A stretch of DNA of 64,000 nt, from the NCBI GenBank assembly GCA_963924565.1, contig OZ004614.1, positions 16,616,001 to 16,680,000 on the forward strand. Direction: 5' to 3'. This DNA comes from Ascidiella aspersa. Its lineage: Eukaryota. The position numbers and the translations under genes are program-made. Below, in pieces: positions 13,601 through 27,330 of this stretch (position 1 is its first letter; every line of letters begins with the position of its first letter). The notes below the pieces were generated by a model. It had not been told where the DNA came from. It worked only from the letters and a program-made list of their open reading frames with translations, and did no database searches.

Positions 13601-16135
13601 CGAACAATGACTATTATGGCGCAATAGGTTGCAAGGAAAGTCCAACTGACCCATTGTTTGAAGGGGGACTTGAACCACCATTTTTATAATTACAACTGTA
13701 TCAACAGTCAAACATAGGAAAATCATACGAACGATAGACGGTCGTACAGACACAAGACGCCGGTTGTATTTTGTACATCTTTAAAATTCTCGTAAAATTT
13801 AATAGGACGCCAACACAGACCCCGCGGGATGCTTACATGGGTCGTTTACATATATACGAAATCTTTGTATGGACTTAGTTGGTGTTGAAACTCGCAAGGC
13901 GCCAATAGAAGTAGTGTTGTAAAGCAGGCAAAAAGATGTAATTTACCAAAGTTCGCGAATTAGATTTCTCTCGAGGTACCTTTCTGTTGACAACACAGAG
14001 CTACGGGGTCGACTGTTTAAACAAACTGATTTTAACACCTGCTTCGACTATAGTGCTATTGCTGTCAGTCTTTTTATTTATTCGTCCAGAAGATAAACTT
14101 AATAAATTGCGGTTTCGACAATAAATTCCGAGGTAATTGGTAGGCCGATAACGCTACACAGATTAATAGTTTTTTTGTAGCGCAACAAAATGGCGTGAAG
14201 TTTTTACACCAATAAATTGTACAGGAAGTCGTTAAAGCGCGACGAAACATTAATTCGTATAATGTCCTGAAAAACTTCAATATAGATATAATAGAGAGTT
14301 TCTTACATTAAACGTCGGATTTGAGAAATCGAATGATATGGGCATGACATTACTTTTGTTTAATTTAAAAAAAAATGCCATCATAAAAGTTTATTAAAAC
14401 ACACTTGGCAATCAAGCTGATCAAGTCGATTTTCTAAAAATGTTTTAACCACACTGTCATTTGACTGCTGCTTGCATTTATCAAGGTTACAGTACGTGAC
14501 AACCTTATATCTTGATCCAAAAGTTAAACATTCCAGACCGGCATACATCAATGGCATTGGTAGTGTTCAAAACTATAGCCTCATGCGACCTTTGTTGTGG
14601 AAAAACACACGTGTGAAAACTGGTGCGGCACATCTAAAGAGTTATTATGTTTGTCAACATAAGCGGTAATTAATCTTAATCCCATCACGCTATCAATACG
14701 TTGCTGTTGGTCAACACGCCACTTTCGCACACAGATGCGTCAACAACTTAAATTAAAAAAATAAAGAATGCCTTAACTGCCCAACAAGTAAAATACTTTA
14801 TGGTGAAAATAATTCAGATATAAATCCGGTGGTTGGGACTGTAGCACATACACATGTGTTTACATAAGGTATTGGGTTAAGATATAATCCGACAAGTTGA
14901 CATTATAGAAATACAATAACTGGCATCAACTATATGTGCTCGCAACACAAGTTTAAATTTGCCTTACTTAAAAAAGGCGATTTGCAAAAGCAGCTGCCAA
15001 GTGGCAAGCACAAATCTGGTGAACGAAAAAGTTCTAATGGCAACAAGCTAAAAAGGGTAGGTTATTATTTTTCTACGCCCTCGAACAAGGTAGAGGCGGA
15101 TCGGCGGCATTGTCAGCGTTGTTACGACATCCCGTTTCGGCGACCTTACAGCAATTCAGGTGCACAGGTGCTGGCCTGGGCTTTTGCTCGAATGAGGGAC
15201 GGGTGAATTTTAATTTGCTCGAGGTTTCCATTGTTGCCTCGAGGTTTCGGGTGTCAAGACATTCGGCCATATCATTTTAGCATTGACGCCGAGCGTTCTG
15301 CGTGCTTATGGCGTTCGACATTGTTTAGTTAGTTGATTAATTGGCAAAGGATTGTTTATTGCGTTTGTTGAATTGTATATAGAGAAAATGAAACGCGTTT
15401 AATTCGGAGATTTTTTTAATGTAAAGTTTAATTTACTGAATTAAGAAAACACGACCCTGCATTTGATACACACTTTTTTAAACACTATAACACGGACGGC
15501 AATACATCAGCCTCAACAGGTAAACAGTAAATACTCCAAATGTTAGAAAACCGAGGTAATTGATTTACAACGCCTACAAACCATTCAGAAATACTCAAAA
15601 AGACCAAAATATCCGTTCAGAAGCAGGCTTGGTCGGATTAGCAGAGCCCCATGAAAAGGGTCACGCTGTGAGGTAACATTACACGATGTGAGGTGGCTCA
15701 GGATAGGTAGGGCTGCTGTTTGCCTGCGCTTTTCTCTGTGTAATTTTGGGTGACGGCGGCGAAGGAATGAAGCGTCAATCATCAATGCTTTCAAGTCGCT
15801 GGACACTTGGTCGGAATTTTACCGAGTTTGTTTAAAACGAAAATCCCAGGAAAATATTTCATGCCGCAGAGAAACCACTGCTAGAGTCCGTTTGTAACAA
15901 CATTCAACAACTTTTTCGTCAGCGAATGTTAACTTTAACTAAATCACTTACAATTGCAGCACAACAAAATGTTCAAACATTAAACGCCGAATAAATGCCC
16001 CCAACAAGGACCTTTGTTACTGGAAGCATAGTGCGTCACATGTAGCCTATTGTGCTCTTTCACCAAACACCATAACACATATTAAATATTAATGCGGCCA
16101 CTAAACAAACTCACGCCAGACTATAGAGCTCTCAC

Positions 16136-16266
16136 CTGTTTCCGGGTCCACATGGAAGTAGGCGTTCGGCGCAAGAAGGTTGAAGGTCATTTGAGCGTCT
16201 GTCTCGTCTCTGTCGGTTGCGCTGATCTGGAGAACTTCGCTGCCACGAGGGCTGTTTTCCGCGATG
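16136..16266 (-). CDS. FAT1/2/3: Fat-like cadherin coding exon 4 (SIAENSPRGSEVLQISATDRD...FHVDPETG)
   Basis: Acceptor atctcag, donor gtgaga. Cadherin motifs (AENSP, ATDxD). Phases join exons 3 and 5. Confidence 0.93.
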
Positions 16267-16752
16267 CTGAGATTCAAGATTAAATTTATTTTTGCGCTTG
16301 TTTGCAAACATCGAAAAAAAGCATGAAGACTAACGCATTGACAGCGAAGGGATCTTTACGTTCATGAGAGAAAAAAAAATTGAACAACATTTAAGTTATG
16401 GCATATATTTTGGTAATTGAATTTTTGGTGGTATAGCAGAATCGATTGGATTTTATCATACCCTATAGCAGGACTGTCTAAATGTTAGACATAACAACAA
16501 CTTGTATTTTGTCGTAAGGTAACAAGCGGCCCGAGTTAAAAATTTTGACTCATTGTATTTAATGAAACTTTGGGAAGTAAGATTTTACCCTTAGTTACAT
16601 ATTTCACCGGGGATAACTATAGCTATATTCTCTAAGTAAAAAAACAGCACACCTATCCTAACCCTTTCCTAGTTTAATGCAGAAGTTTTATCTGGGCAAA
16701 GTACGAAAATATTTACAATTCGCAAGATGCTGGTTTCTCGAAAGATATGTAC

Positions 16753-16927
16753 CTTGCAAAATACGCGGGAAGCGAGGGCAGTGGAGCGTTGTCGTTAACA
16801 TCGGTCACTTCGACCAGGACGAAGATGTGCCCGGACAGCGGAACCGGGGCACGATCCTCAGCCTTCACGGTCAGCCAGTAAAACTTCTCACTTTCCCGGT
16901 CCAGCGACTGGGTGGTGTACAATGTCC
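16753..16927 (-). CDS. FAT1/2/3: Fat-like cadherin coding exon 3 (GTLYTTQSLDRESEKFYWLTVKAEDR...DVNDNAP)
   Basis: Acceptor ttcatccag, donor gtacat. LDRE and DVNDNAP motifs. The 'YWLTV.A.D...VPLS' stretch resembles Fat1/3. Confidence 0.93.
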
Positions 16928-19900
16928 CTGGATGAAAGTAAAGTAAAATGTAGAATAAACAACATGTTTAGATTAGCAATAAGAATAATAAACGGATAAT
17001 TAAGAATGCGTAATGAACGGAGGCGATTGCACTAAGAAAGCAGTGAATAATATATATATATTTTTTTCGTTTAGGAGCTAAGCAACGGATATGAAACCCT
17101 CTTGCTTCGATTGCAGCGGCTTTCGAATGACTCCGGTTCTGTCCGGTCTTGGTGACTACCAAAATTACACGAGAGTCGCGGGGACAAACATAACGACACA
17201 CGGCCAAGATTTTCAAGGGCCACCACCTTCGATGGTACTTGAACCACGTATTCGGCCTACAGTCGTATAGGTACAACGCCGGCCGAGTCAAAAGCCAGCC
17301 TCGGCTACTTTCCCTTTCTCCGGACCCGCCATACAGCAGCAACAATGGTGGTTGCCGAACAAAACAAGGGTTTCAAGCGCTTCGAGAGCCTTTGAGTGCT
17401 TAAGTAAGCCAACGAAGGGAACTGCTGATGCCACCCGCGCCTGGTTAAATATTATACCGAAGTGTGTTTGGTGTCGCGCTTTTTCTGTTCATCTCCAATA
17501 CGCGGCGATTACAATTATCGTTAACAGGCCACCATGTGTATTTATAAGTGGCTGGGCTGTACTAACTTGGTCAGTTATATATGTAGAAATGAATTAAGTA
17601 AGCCATGTTTTTTGTCGAAGTCAAATGAAAAGTTTAATGGCAATACAATTCTATTCTAATTAATTAAAGCTTGCATGAAACTGTTATAACAAAAACAAAA
17701 GTATTTTTACACTCCACTAGTGTCCATCTTAATGTTAAAACAAGGAAATAGCATGAAAATATATGTATATTATTTTTACGGCATTTTGTATGATATTAAG
17801 TTACGGCTTCTTGTCCGTATTATTCAAATGTTTATTTGAACTAGTGTCTCATTGATGACATTCAAGAAAAAATGGGGACTTTGTTATTTGATTTATAAAG
17901 AAGCATTTACCCTCGATAAGTAAAATTTCATTGGCCGGTTAAGTTCTGCTTGTACGATGTTGAGACTCAAAATAATGATTAGAATCTAATAAACAAAAAT
18001 GAAAACGACATCACAAAGGCCGTTCTTCGTAACCCTAGGCGTCCTTATATTATACATTACAAGCACAAGCCAAAGTAATAAGAAATCTACGGTCTTGCAC
18101 AATATAGACAATCTTTTATCAATACAAATATACAAAACATTATTTTCGTACTATCGTTGGGAACACGTAGTGCCACTTTGGTTCACTAAATTATTTTTAA
18201 AATGTTTTACTTTTCAAGCAAGACAAGTAGGGATTAGGGCCTGGTGGTTTTAAACCTATCGGCTAGTTAACAACTTAAGGTGACATTTGATTCCGAGCAG
18301 CGCGAATGCGCTCGGGGGCGTTATAGAAGGTCGGCACCCACGAAATAAGGGGGCTGCAGCTTACCGGGAATCAAAAGTATGTAAATTGAGAGGATGCAAT
18401 TACGCTTATCGCGTTGGTTTTACATCCAATCGTTTTAAGTCCTAGACAAACACACAGTATGAAGCCCGGCGGGCACAGATAACAGGTTGATTATCATCAA
18501 GGGTACGTTGCGAGCCGATACTGGCAAACGCCTTTTCATATGTTTAAGTGTTTTTTGGAGCAAATGAGTGTTGAGGGAAAACATGTTCAGGAAACCTCCC
18601 TTGTTGAGTACACGGGTATAATCACATAAAATGTTAATGACTTTACAGAATGGCACACCAGTTGTTTTCACGTTGAGTAATTTTGTTTTCTGTTTATTAC
18701 AGCTCATCGGATATACCCACATCAGTTATTGGATATCTATTTTTTTTAATCTCGGTTACCAACAATTTTGTTGGCTTGTGACTCCTCTGGTGTTTTATTT
18801 TTCGTCTTATTATATTACGTTTGCATTCAGTACAATGTAACACTATGTCCGACCGGAGTATTCGCTGCATGGCTATTTAACCAAACCAGGCTTTGTGTTT
18901 CTAATGATTCTTGCACAACGGCCTAATGTAGGCTTTAGGGTTTCGAGAGTACGATTTGGAATTTTTGTGGCACCCATTCCTCGCTTAAAGGCACATCTGC
19001 TCAAAAGAAAGCGAATGCTGTTTAACCGTTAGATATACGCTTGGGTGCAAACGAATGGTCGGGTATCTGCAAATGCGCTGAAAACGCAAAACTCAAAACA
19101 ATAAAGGCAAAATACATGTTAAGTGCATATTTTATGCACACAAAACCTAAAAAGTGTAATCTTGGAGACACATGAATATATATTTTTTTCAATTTTAAAA
19201 TACCATGTTTTCTAGAGCGCGGTTAAGAACAGCGTCTGGACAAGTCAATTAACGACGGATTTGAGGTAACGCTCAGTCTACTGTGAAGTCAATAATATAG
19301 AAGAGGGCATTCCAGCGAAATGGATGAGCTGTTTAAGGTGTTTTGAGGGACCGAGGCGTTCTTTAAAATTTCTCCAACAATGTCTCAAAATAATCCCTAG
19401 TTTTAACTAACTATACGACAGAGGATAACTAGGCAATCTTTGTAAAAAGGGTATTTGGGGTTACGCAAGGTAGGCCTTCAAAATTCCTTGGTGAGCTGTT
19501 TTGGAACGACTATTTTCTGTACACAATGTCGTTGTGTGTTGAACAAACCACATTTGAAGCTAAGTAGGGAAAAACTGAAGACAATATGCAATCTGCAAGA
19601 AAGTAATTTTTTATCAATCTTAAGTTACTGCAAAAATATTAAAGAGATAAGCTGACGACTAATAGGGTAGTGTTTATTGTGTTGTACTTAACTTGTCAAA
19701 CAGTCCTAATCGACCGATTTTAGTTTCAATTTGCAGTTTCACAAATCGCAGGCCACAACCGTTTATATAATTTTTAGTATAACAAAATATTGCTCGAGTC
19801 TTTAAGAGCGAAATCGCATCAGCTCGACGAACGAGCCACAACGCAGCGTATTAGCACGCTTGACCGCTTTCGCAGTGGCAGGCCCAATAACAACGTGGGA

Positions 19901-22753
19901 TCACACCGGCTTATCAGGCTAAAACCATATCAGGGCCATTGTTGGCTGAAGACGTTTGGTGCCTTATCCGAAGAAAATAGCTGCACGGCATATCTAGCTC
20001 GTTGTTTATTCAATCGTAAAACGGTTCATTTTTAGTTGAACCAATTTTTATTATTATGCTAATGTGTGTTCATAAAGCGCGAAGGCCGAAGGTGCTCGGG
20101 TTTGAATGGTCCAAGGCCTCTTACAAAAATAGGCTGTCATAACAAAACCCCTGTTAAGTACCGTGAGACGACTGGGCAGTTTATAAAACTAGAAACAAGG
20201 CTCAGTATACGCCAATGGGTTGTAGGTTGTATCAACCAGTGTTATCAAATTTTGTGTAAACTAAAGAATCTGACTTATAACGAAAAATATATTTTTACAC
20301 GGAGTGTTTAATCAACGAAAGTTGCTTATGAACTATAGACAACCATATCCAAAGGGTCTTGCGCGCATGACTACCATATCCCGTTCGCATGTACTATTTT
20401 CTAGTAATAATTGTTGTTTTATTAACTGTCTGATGTACTTGTCCCTTAAAATCCCCTAAACAATGTAACATTTTCAGTGATTGCATCCGTTTGAATTGCA
20501 GCCTTATATTGTTGGTTGTTATTGGGTCACAAAAACGAGGTCGATTACAATACGAGGCCGTTGCCGGGTACCCGATTGCCTTGACGTGATTTCGTTGATA
20601 AGCCGACGTGTAGCACCGCCGTGGTACTTGGTTAACTGGCAAGAGTCTAGACAACACGACTGCGGCGTTATCTTGCAATTAGCGGCGAACGCGGAGAGCC
20701 TGTTGATGTTACACAGAAAAGACAACCGGTAGTTACGCATTGAAGATTGAAGTCATAAAAAAGTTGGCTTCGGTCGCTATTTCTCGCTCAGCTTTATACC
20801 AGGTCGTGTGGGTTTGCGATTGGCTGCTCGCCACCGCGAGCCTTTCGCTTTTTATTGCTGAAGGGAGGAAAAGTGGGATGGGATTCTTTGCTTTGGAATT
20901 AAATTACATCAACGGCGGAACACTTCTAGTTTTATGCCACCTAAAAACGTGGGGAATGCGTGGGAGCGAACGTGCGAAACACGAAGTGTGTTTATCCTGC
21001 CAAATAACTTTGATTGATTTACTCTAAGCGGCATAATTTGGAATACATTTCTTAACTTCTTTCAAGAGACAAGGCGGACGCCACCAGAATCCAGAATATA
21101 TTACCTAAACGTCTTGAAGAGAAAAATAAAACATCTCTACCGGTGATCGAATTCTACTCACAATCTGTGGTTTAGCACCCTCGACCGAAGTGAAAACAAT
21201 TTATCAAAGGGAGAGAGCAAAATCAATACTAAGGGGATGGCGAATAGTTGCGAAACATCGATATGACCTGAACTACACAAAGGATTCTATTGTTTGGATT
21301 AGATTGTTTGCCGTGACATACTTTTAATTTGCCAACCTAAGAAAAAACTAGCAGATGTCTTAATTAGGAATTTTCGGTTTTTAAACCTAACACGTCTACC
21401 GAGTATAAATTAATTTACAACACATACGACTGAGAGAAATGTATTCAGTTAATTCGTGACTGAATAAATTATGATTTATAAAATATTATTGCAATCAACA
21501 GAATACTTACTAATAAAATAATATAAAATGTCAAATATTTATTTATTCCCAACAAAACCGGCGCCAAACTTTAACTTTTATTTGAAAACAAAAAGATTAG
21601 TAGTTTAACCGTTGCCGGCAAACGAAAAACATGTTGACTTAGCAGTCGAAGGGAAAGCAAAGGTAGTTCTCTATTTGTCCGATGGGTTTACAAAGGTGCG
21701 AACGCGTCAGCTTTTAGTGTCTGGGTAACTAACCACCCTTCAGTACACCAGAAAACAACAGGCTCCCTGAATCAAGTTACCAGAAGACACAAAGACAAGC
21801 CTGGTAGGTTACACAGTTATGGTTTCTATTGACGAATTGGGGAAAATAAACTACGTGCTATTCGATGGAAAGAAACGCGCCTAAGGGACAGGAGAAAACA
21901 GTATAGATCAGGATACTTGAAACCTATTAGCTTATACGCTAGGCACCTTTTAACGGAGCCTATACTTATTGGAAAGACTCCTATAAGAGACAAAGCTGTT
22001 AGGATTCGTTAAGCATTACACTTCAAAAAGCAGTGCAATTACCCACTTATAGGCAGCACAAGCTGTAAAAATGGCCAACCACCGTTAAGCATAATTAGCA
22101 ATATAGTTTCATATAAACAGAACGACTAAAATTTGATTACACAAACTACTTTTTATCATCATAAATGTCTTATATAAAAACACATGTGGTGGCATATGGC
22201 CTCAGAACGTAAAAACCTTTCCATAATAGCAACGATCTAGTATAACGCTAGTTTAAGTTACGCATATAATTTTGATCGTCCATGGGAAATAATGAACAGT
22301 CGTATCATATTAACATAGGTGAGGCAAGGGTATGCGCTGAATTCGTTAATATAAACAAAAAACTTTCTTTGTCGATTTTAGGGCTATTTTCAAATAGGCC
22401 AAAAGAGGAGTTGGAGGATTATAATCGGATCTCTCTAGAACGCCTTTTGGATATGGCCTTTGCTCTAAAAACGACCGAAGCAGAGACCTATCTGCGTCGA
22501 TATCTCAAAATTAAATGATTGCCCCTAATCACGCAGGTCAAAAGGCGACTCTCCTAACATTTCCATGTCATAAATATGGTGTGAAGAGATAAATCTTGGA
22601 TTAACGCTTCTGTCGTTAACATTACGAAGAATTTAAAGGATGTATAGTTGTATACTTTTAAAAAAACTAGTGGCATAAGCAAAATACTTATGTTAGAGCT
22701 TCGCATAATTCCATCGTGACTTAAACGCAAAACTAAATAAAGATTCAACCCAC

Positions 22754-23349
22754 CTGTTTCATGATCGATCCTGAAAAATCCCATGCCAGTTCCGTCGGTG
22801 ATGTAATATCCAACATCCCGCTCTGGGTCGTTGAGGTCCAGGTCGACTGCAGAAACGGTACCGACTCTATCGTTCGCCTCCAAGTTCTCCCTGACGGTAA
22901 ATTGCACGCGAGGCTCTTCGAAGTAAGGCGCGTTCAGGTTGCGATTCTCCGGCAGCACTTCGACCTCGAGATAGCACACAGAGAAGTAAGAAAAGTTTTC
23001 ACGCACGTTTGCCGTGATGTTGTAGCGGCTCTGTGCACTGTAGCGGAGCTTGCGCGCCAACCGAACGGCACCTGTGAGAGGGTCGACCGTAAATTGCTCG
23101 ACGGAGCTCCGCTTGTTCCTGTTTCCACCGGTAAGCGAATAGTGCAAGCGCGCGTTCGCGCCTGTGTCAAGGTCGCTGGCGCGCAACCAGAAGACAACCG
23201 TGCCGGTGGGGAGATCCTCGGCCAAGCGAATGCGATAGATCGACTTGAGGAACTTGGGCTGGTTGTCGTTCGAGTCCTGTACATGGATCGTCACTGGCAC
23301 TAAGGAGCTGAGAGGCGGGGAGCCGCCATCTTTTGCCGTAACTGTCAGT
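22754..23349 (-). CDS. FAT1/2/3: Fat-like cadherin coding exon 2 (LTVTAKDGGSPPLSS...DGTGMGFFRIDHETG)
   Basis: Acceptor tgctttcag, donor gtgggt. About two cadherin repeats (DSNDNQP; EDLPTGTVVFWLRASDLD, Fat1-like). Confidence 0.95.
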
Positions 23350-23687
23350 CTGAAAGCAGAAATTACTGTTGAATAACTAGAACGGCGCTAATGTGAGAGT
23401 TTAGCACTACCAGGCGATGCAACTAAAAAGTCTATAGCTATCCTGTGGACGGTAAACCACATTAGAAACAACGTTCACTCCTTCAGGACATGGGTTACCA
23501 GTCTACCTCGGTATTGACAAGTGCGTTCTTTTAAATCTAGTTAACTCAGAAATAGCACACTTGTATTACTATCCTTAGAGGGTCACTCCCATTTAATACG
23601 TTTTGACACGCTAATACGCCAACAAAAACGCGCACTTTTACAAAAACAGAAAGCATGCGGGTTGTTTGGCAAATGCATCAACCTCAC

Positions 23688-26392
23688 CTGTATTCGGGTT
23701 TTATTTCCCAATCCAATGTTTTTGTAAGGCGGATGTAGCCGGAGGTGGGGTCGATCGCGAAGTTGGTTCCATCGCTAATGGAATAACGAACTACCGCGTT
23801 CGGACCCTCGTCACGATCAGTCGCGTAGATGGGGCGTTTAATCGTGAAGCCAACCGGGGCACTTTCAGGGATAGTGAACTCATACCGACTCCCGTCAAAA
23901 CGCGGCGCGTTATCGTTCACATCCGTTACAAAAATATTTGCGGGAACCGAGGTGGCCTTCGGCGGCGAGCCCATGTCGGAAACCGCTATCGTCAGATCGT
24001 AGGAGGAACGCGCTTCGCGGTCTAAAGCTCGCAGAATCGTAACCTCTCCTGTTTGAGGATCGATCGAGAAGGAGCTCCCCGCGTTGCCACTCGTGATTGC
24101 GTACCACATCTTTCCGTTGAAGCCCGTGTCCAGGTCGGTTGCGTTGACTTGAAAAACAGTGGATCCTAGTGGAGCGTCCTCTTGAACTCGAATATGCAGC
24201 AGCGCGTCGCTGGATACCACCATCGGCCTAAAGTCGTTTGGTATTTGGGACGTGCGGTTAACGTTGGTGCTTTCGGCAGGCGTAGAACGAAGCAACAGCT
24301 GCTCAGCTAGGCTATTTTCGTGGGCCTGCAGCAGTCCGGTCTCGGTGCACTTTTTCACTATGTTTCCGCCCGATGTCACAGTGATGTTGATTTCGATGGG
24401 CGATGACGTATGGTGCCCGTCGGTGGCCGTAATGCGGAGCGGAAACTTGGTGCCGACGGCAAGGCGCGAAAGGCTCCTTTCCAGCGTGATCATGCAAATG
24501 CCAGGTTCGATTTTAAACTTACCCCTGGCACCGTCCACCAGCTGACACTCGACCGGGTTTACGTCGATGTCAAAGGCGCCGAGTCCCGCGATTTTAGAAC
24601 CACGCGCGGTCGTCTTGGGAACGGCGATGGAGCATGAGCTTTCGCGGAACATAGGTGGGTTGTCGTTCACGTTCGTCACAGTAACGTACACATGTGCGTC
24701 GCTTTTCCGAGTGAAGGGCGAGCCGCAGTCGAAGGCGCGCACGCGAACGTCGTAAACCTTATTGCTTCCCATAGTGTCGTGATCTAAGAGCGTCGTAGTC
24801 GTGATTTGACCACTAAAGGAGTCTATCTCAAAAGGAAGGCCGGGTGAAGGCTGGACAATCTTGTACAACACGCTGCCGTTCTTTCCGAAGTCCTTGTCGA
24901 CGGCTTGAACGCGTATCACAGCCGACCCGACCCGCGTGGTCTCGGGCAGGTTCACGCTGTACGAGCTAGATGTGAATTCGGGGTCGTTGTTGTTAGCGTC
25001 TTGCACGTTTATGATCACCCTTGTGGAGTTGCGCAGGTCGCCGTTTACAATGTTGGTGTTAATTGCGCGAACAGTTAAAACGTGCTCAGCAGCTACGGAA
25101 CGGTTCAGTCGCCTCGCGATGGTGATGAGCGAGGTAGCGCCGTCGATTCGGAACAAGCCCCCGCCGTTTCCTGAAGTAATTGCGTAAAGCAACTTGGGCT
25201 GATAACGCCGGTCTCGAGTTGTAGCCTCAACGAAACCAACTTGACTATGGGCGGGACTGGCCTCACTTATACTCATATTAACGGGGTTGCTGAGGAAGTG
25301 GGGCACCAGCGCTCTCATGTCATATAACTTCACCTCGACAGTGACGATCGTGCTTTTTGGCGGCTTTCCACGATCGGAAACCTTTAAAGTCACGTTAATA
25401 TTACTGCTGACTGCTGGTGGCTGCTCGCTAAGCACTAGGAGGAACTCGTTGACTGTTTTTCCGGGAAGGACCACGAACAGACCGTCTTGATCACTGCGAA
25501 TGATCCGCGGCACTTCGATTTCGCCGTGCTCGCCCAAATCTGGATCACTTACGTCTAGAATAGCATAGACGTGACTGTTGGGAAGCAAACGTTGGTCGTC
25601 CGTCGACTTGCTGGCATCGTACGGAGACAACTGCTTGTGAATTATGACTTTAGGAGCGTGCTTATTAACAGTGGTAACGGTCACCGAGAGCGTGGTTTCT
25701 TTCGGCCGAGCAGTGTTGGACAGAGCGGCCTTCCTGTCGGTCGCCCGGACGCGCATCGAATGCGTTATTTGAGTGCGACGTTGCACCGGGGCGGTCAGTA
25801 TGACGTCGCCCGTAGTCGGGTGAATCGCGAAGTTTTTGTTGAAGTCTGGGAAGCTGTAGTAGAAGCGTTTGTTCTGCGGGTCCGTGTCCGAATCGGTGGC
25901 TCTGATATTGGCAATGACCTTGCCAATCGGTGTGTCCTCGGGAATCGTTACGTCGTAAGGCACGGGCGGAAATAAAGGCTGAAAATCGTTGATATCACGT
26001 ACTTTCACAACCACGGTGCAAAACGTTTCATTGGCGGAATCCCGCGACAGCGCTCGAACGCGAACAGTTCGATCAGAAGACAACGACTTTGACAGCAAAT
26101 CCAGGAAAATGAAGTCACCCATTTCTTTGCGTTGGGCACTGAATGTCGATCCATCGTCAATCACGCTGAACCGAACGCCTTCAGTATACTGCGACCGCCA
26201 CATGCCCATCATTTTACTGCTTTCGACAGCAGTTGTGACTGCTGATTTTTCTTGCACCGTGCCATAGTACAATGCGTTTGTGAACGCAAATTCACCTTTG
26301 CCCGTGGTAGAAACTGCCTCGAAACCGTTTGTAACTGCAAGCAAAGTCCAAAGCAACAGAATGGCAATTAGACCACGACCCGGCATCAACAT
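23688..26392 (-). CDS. FAT1/2/3: Fat1/2/3-type (Fat-like/kugelei) protocadherin, first coding exon: signal peptide plus about 7 cadherin repeats
   Basis: Hydrophobic signal peptide (MLMPGRGLIAILLLWTLLAV), repeated DxNDNxP, LDxE and AxDxG motifs, 'KMMGMW...GDFIFL' N-terminal repeat typical of Fat1/3, donor cag|gtgagg at 23687. Confidence 0.95.
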
Positions 26393-27186
26393 GGCAATTG
26401 TGTAGCACTTTAGTTGAATCCTTGAGTAAATCCAATGCCGCTGGCATGCTAATAGTAACTGTCTCCAGGGTTTTGTACAACCGTTATCATTCAGTATTCA
26501 ACTTTTACCAGTTTCTTTACAACGATATGTATGCTTACATTACTGTAAATGTCCTGTTACACTTATCTGTAAATACACGCCTTGTGTATACATTTGCTTA
26601 AACTGTGATCATAACTAATTCCCTAATACAGAACAGGGCTTGCGGGCTGAAAATACATGCGTGCCCTTTTTATGTCTGTGTTATACCGGACTTGATTTAC
26701 ATTACTAAATCTACAGCGCTTTTACAAGGTTGCGTATAATTGTTAGAACGCCTCCAACCCAATTTTGTAGATAGTATGGTGTTAGGCCGGCGGAAAATGG
26801 ACTTCATATGGTTAACCCTGATTAAATTTCATGATGAAAAACAAGGATAGCAAAACAGGAATCTAATTAACCACAGAACTAAAGCACTGTAAAATTATTT
26901 TGTAATAACTAAGCGGAAAACACGTGTACTTCATTTGTTCTGTTTCAAAACCATTACTACCCTGCATTTTACATCATTAGCTACACACTGCGATTTTGCG
27001 GGATATTGACATTCATAACCCCGCAAAAAAACGATATGCATTGCCGCCCTTAATATTACCTTTAAAGCTATAGACTCGGACCTAACTTTGAAAAACCTAT
27101 TGCTAAAACATTCATACTGTAACCGAAATGCTGTGTTAAACAGGCAGCACACTAAACTCGGTCAGAGCGTATACGCTAGCACCTAC

Positions 27187-27330
27187 TTGACAGCTACAAC
27201 AAAGCCCACTTGCCTTCTCGCCGTTTGACTCCGACAACTATCCGAAAACGCACTGGGATTTTTTCTCTTGAAATCACCGCTCGAAATGGCCCGCATCGGT
27301 GAGCTTATTCACGCGTGACCAACTTGGTGG
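27187..27330 (-). promoter_or_regulatory. Candidate Fat non-coding first exon / promoter
   Basis: CpG-rich patch with a minus-strand donor-like site (tcaa|gtaggt, ~27186) and a candidate acceptor (gttctgtattag, 26623) upstream of the ATG. Inference only. Confidence 0.3.

Noticed and set aside
4490-20960. CATTCC/GGAATG (TEAD) sites suggesting Hippo feedback on Fat
   Set aside because: The number noticed is no more than expected by chance for a 6-mer over 20 kb.
600-22518. Many short ORFs in the Fat introns as nested genes
   Set aside because: No recognisable domains, many non-ATG starts, and no consistent exon chain.
22761-26267. Several 60-180 aa ORFs on the + strand or in alternative frames over the Fat exons
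   Set aside because: Shadows of GC-rich cadherin codons; no independent motifs.
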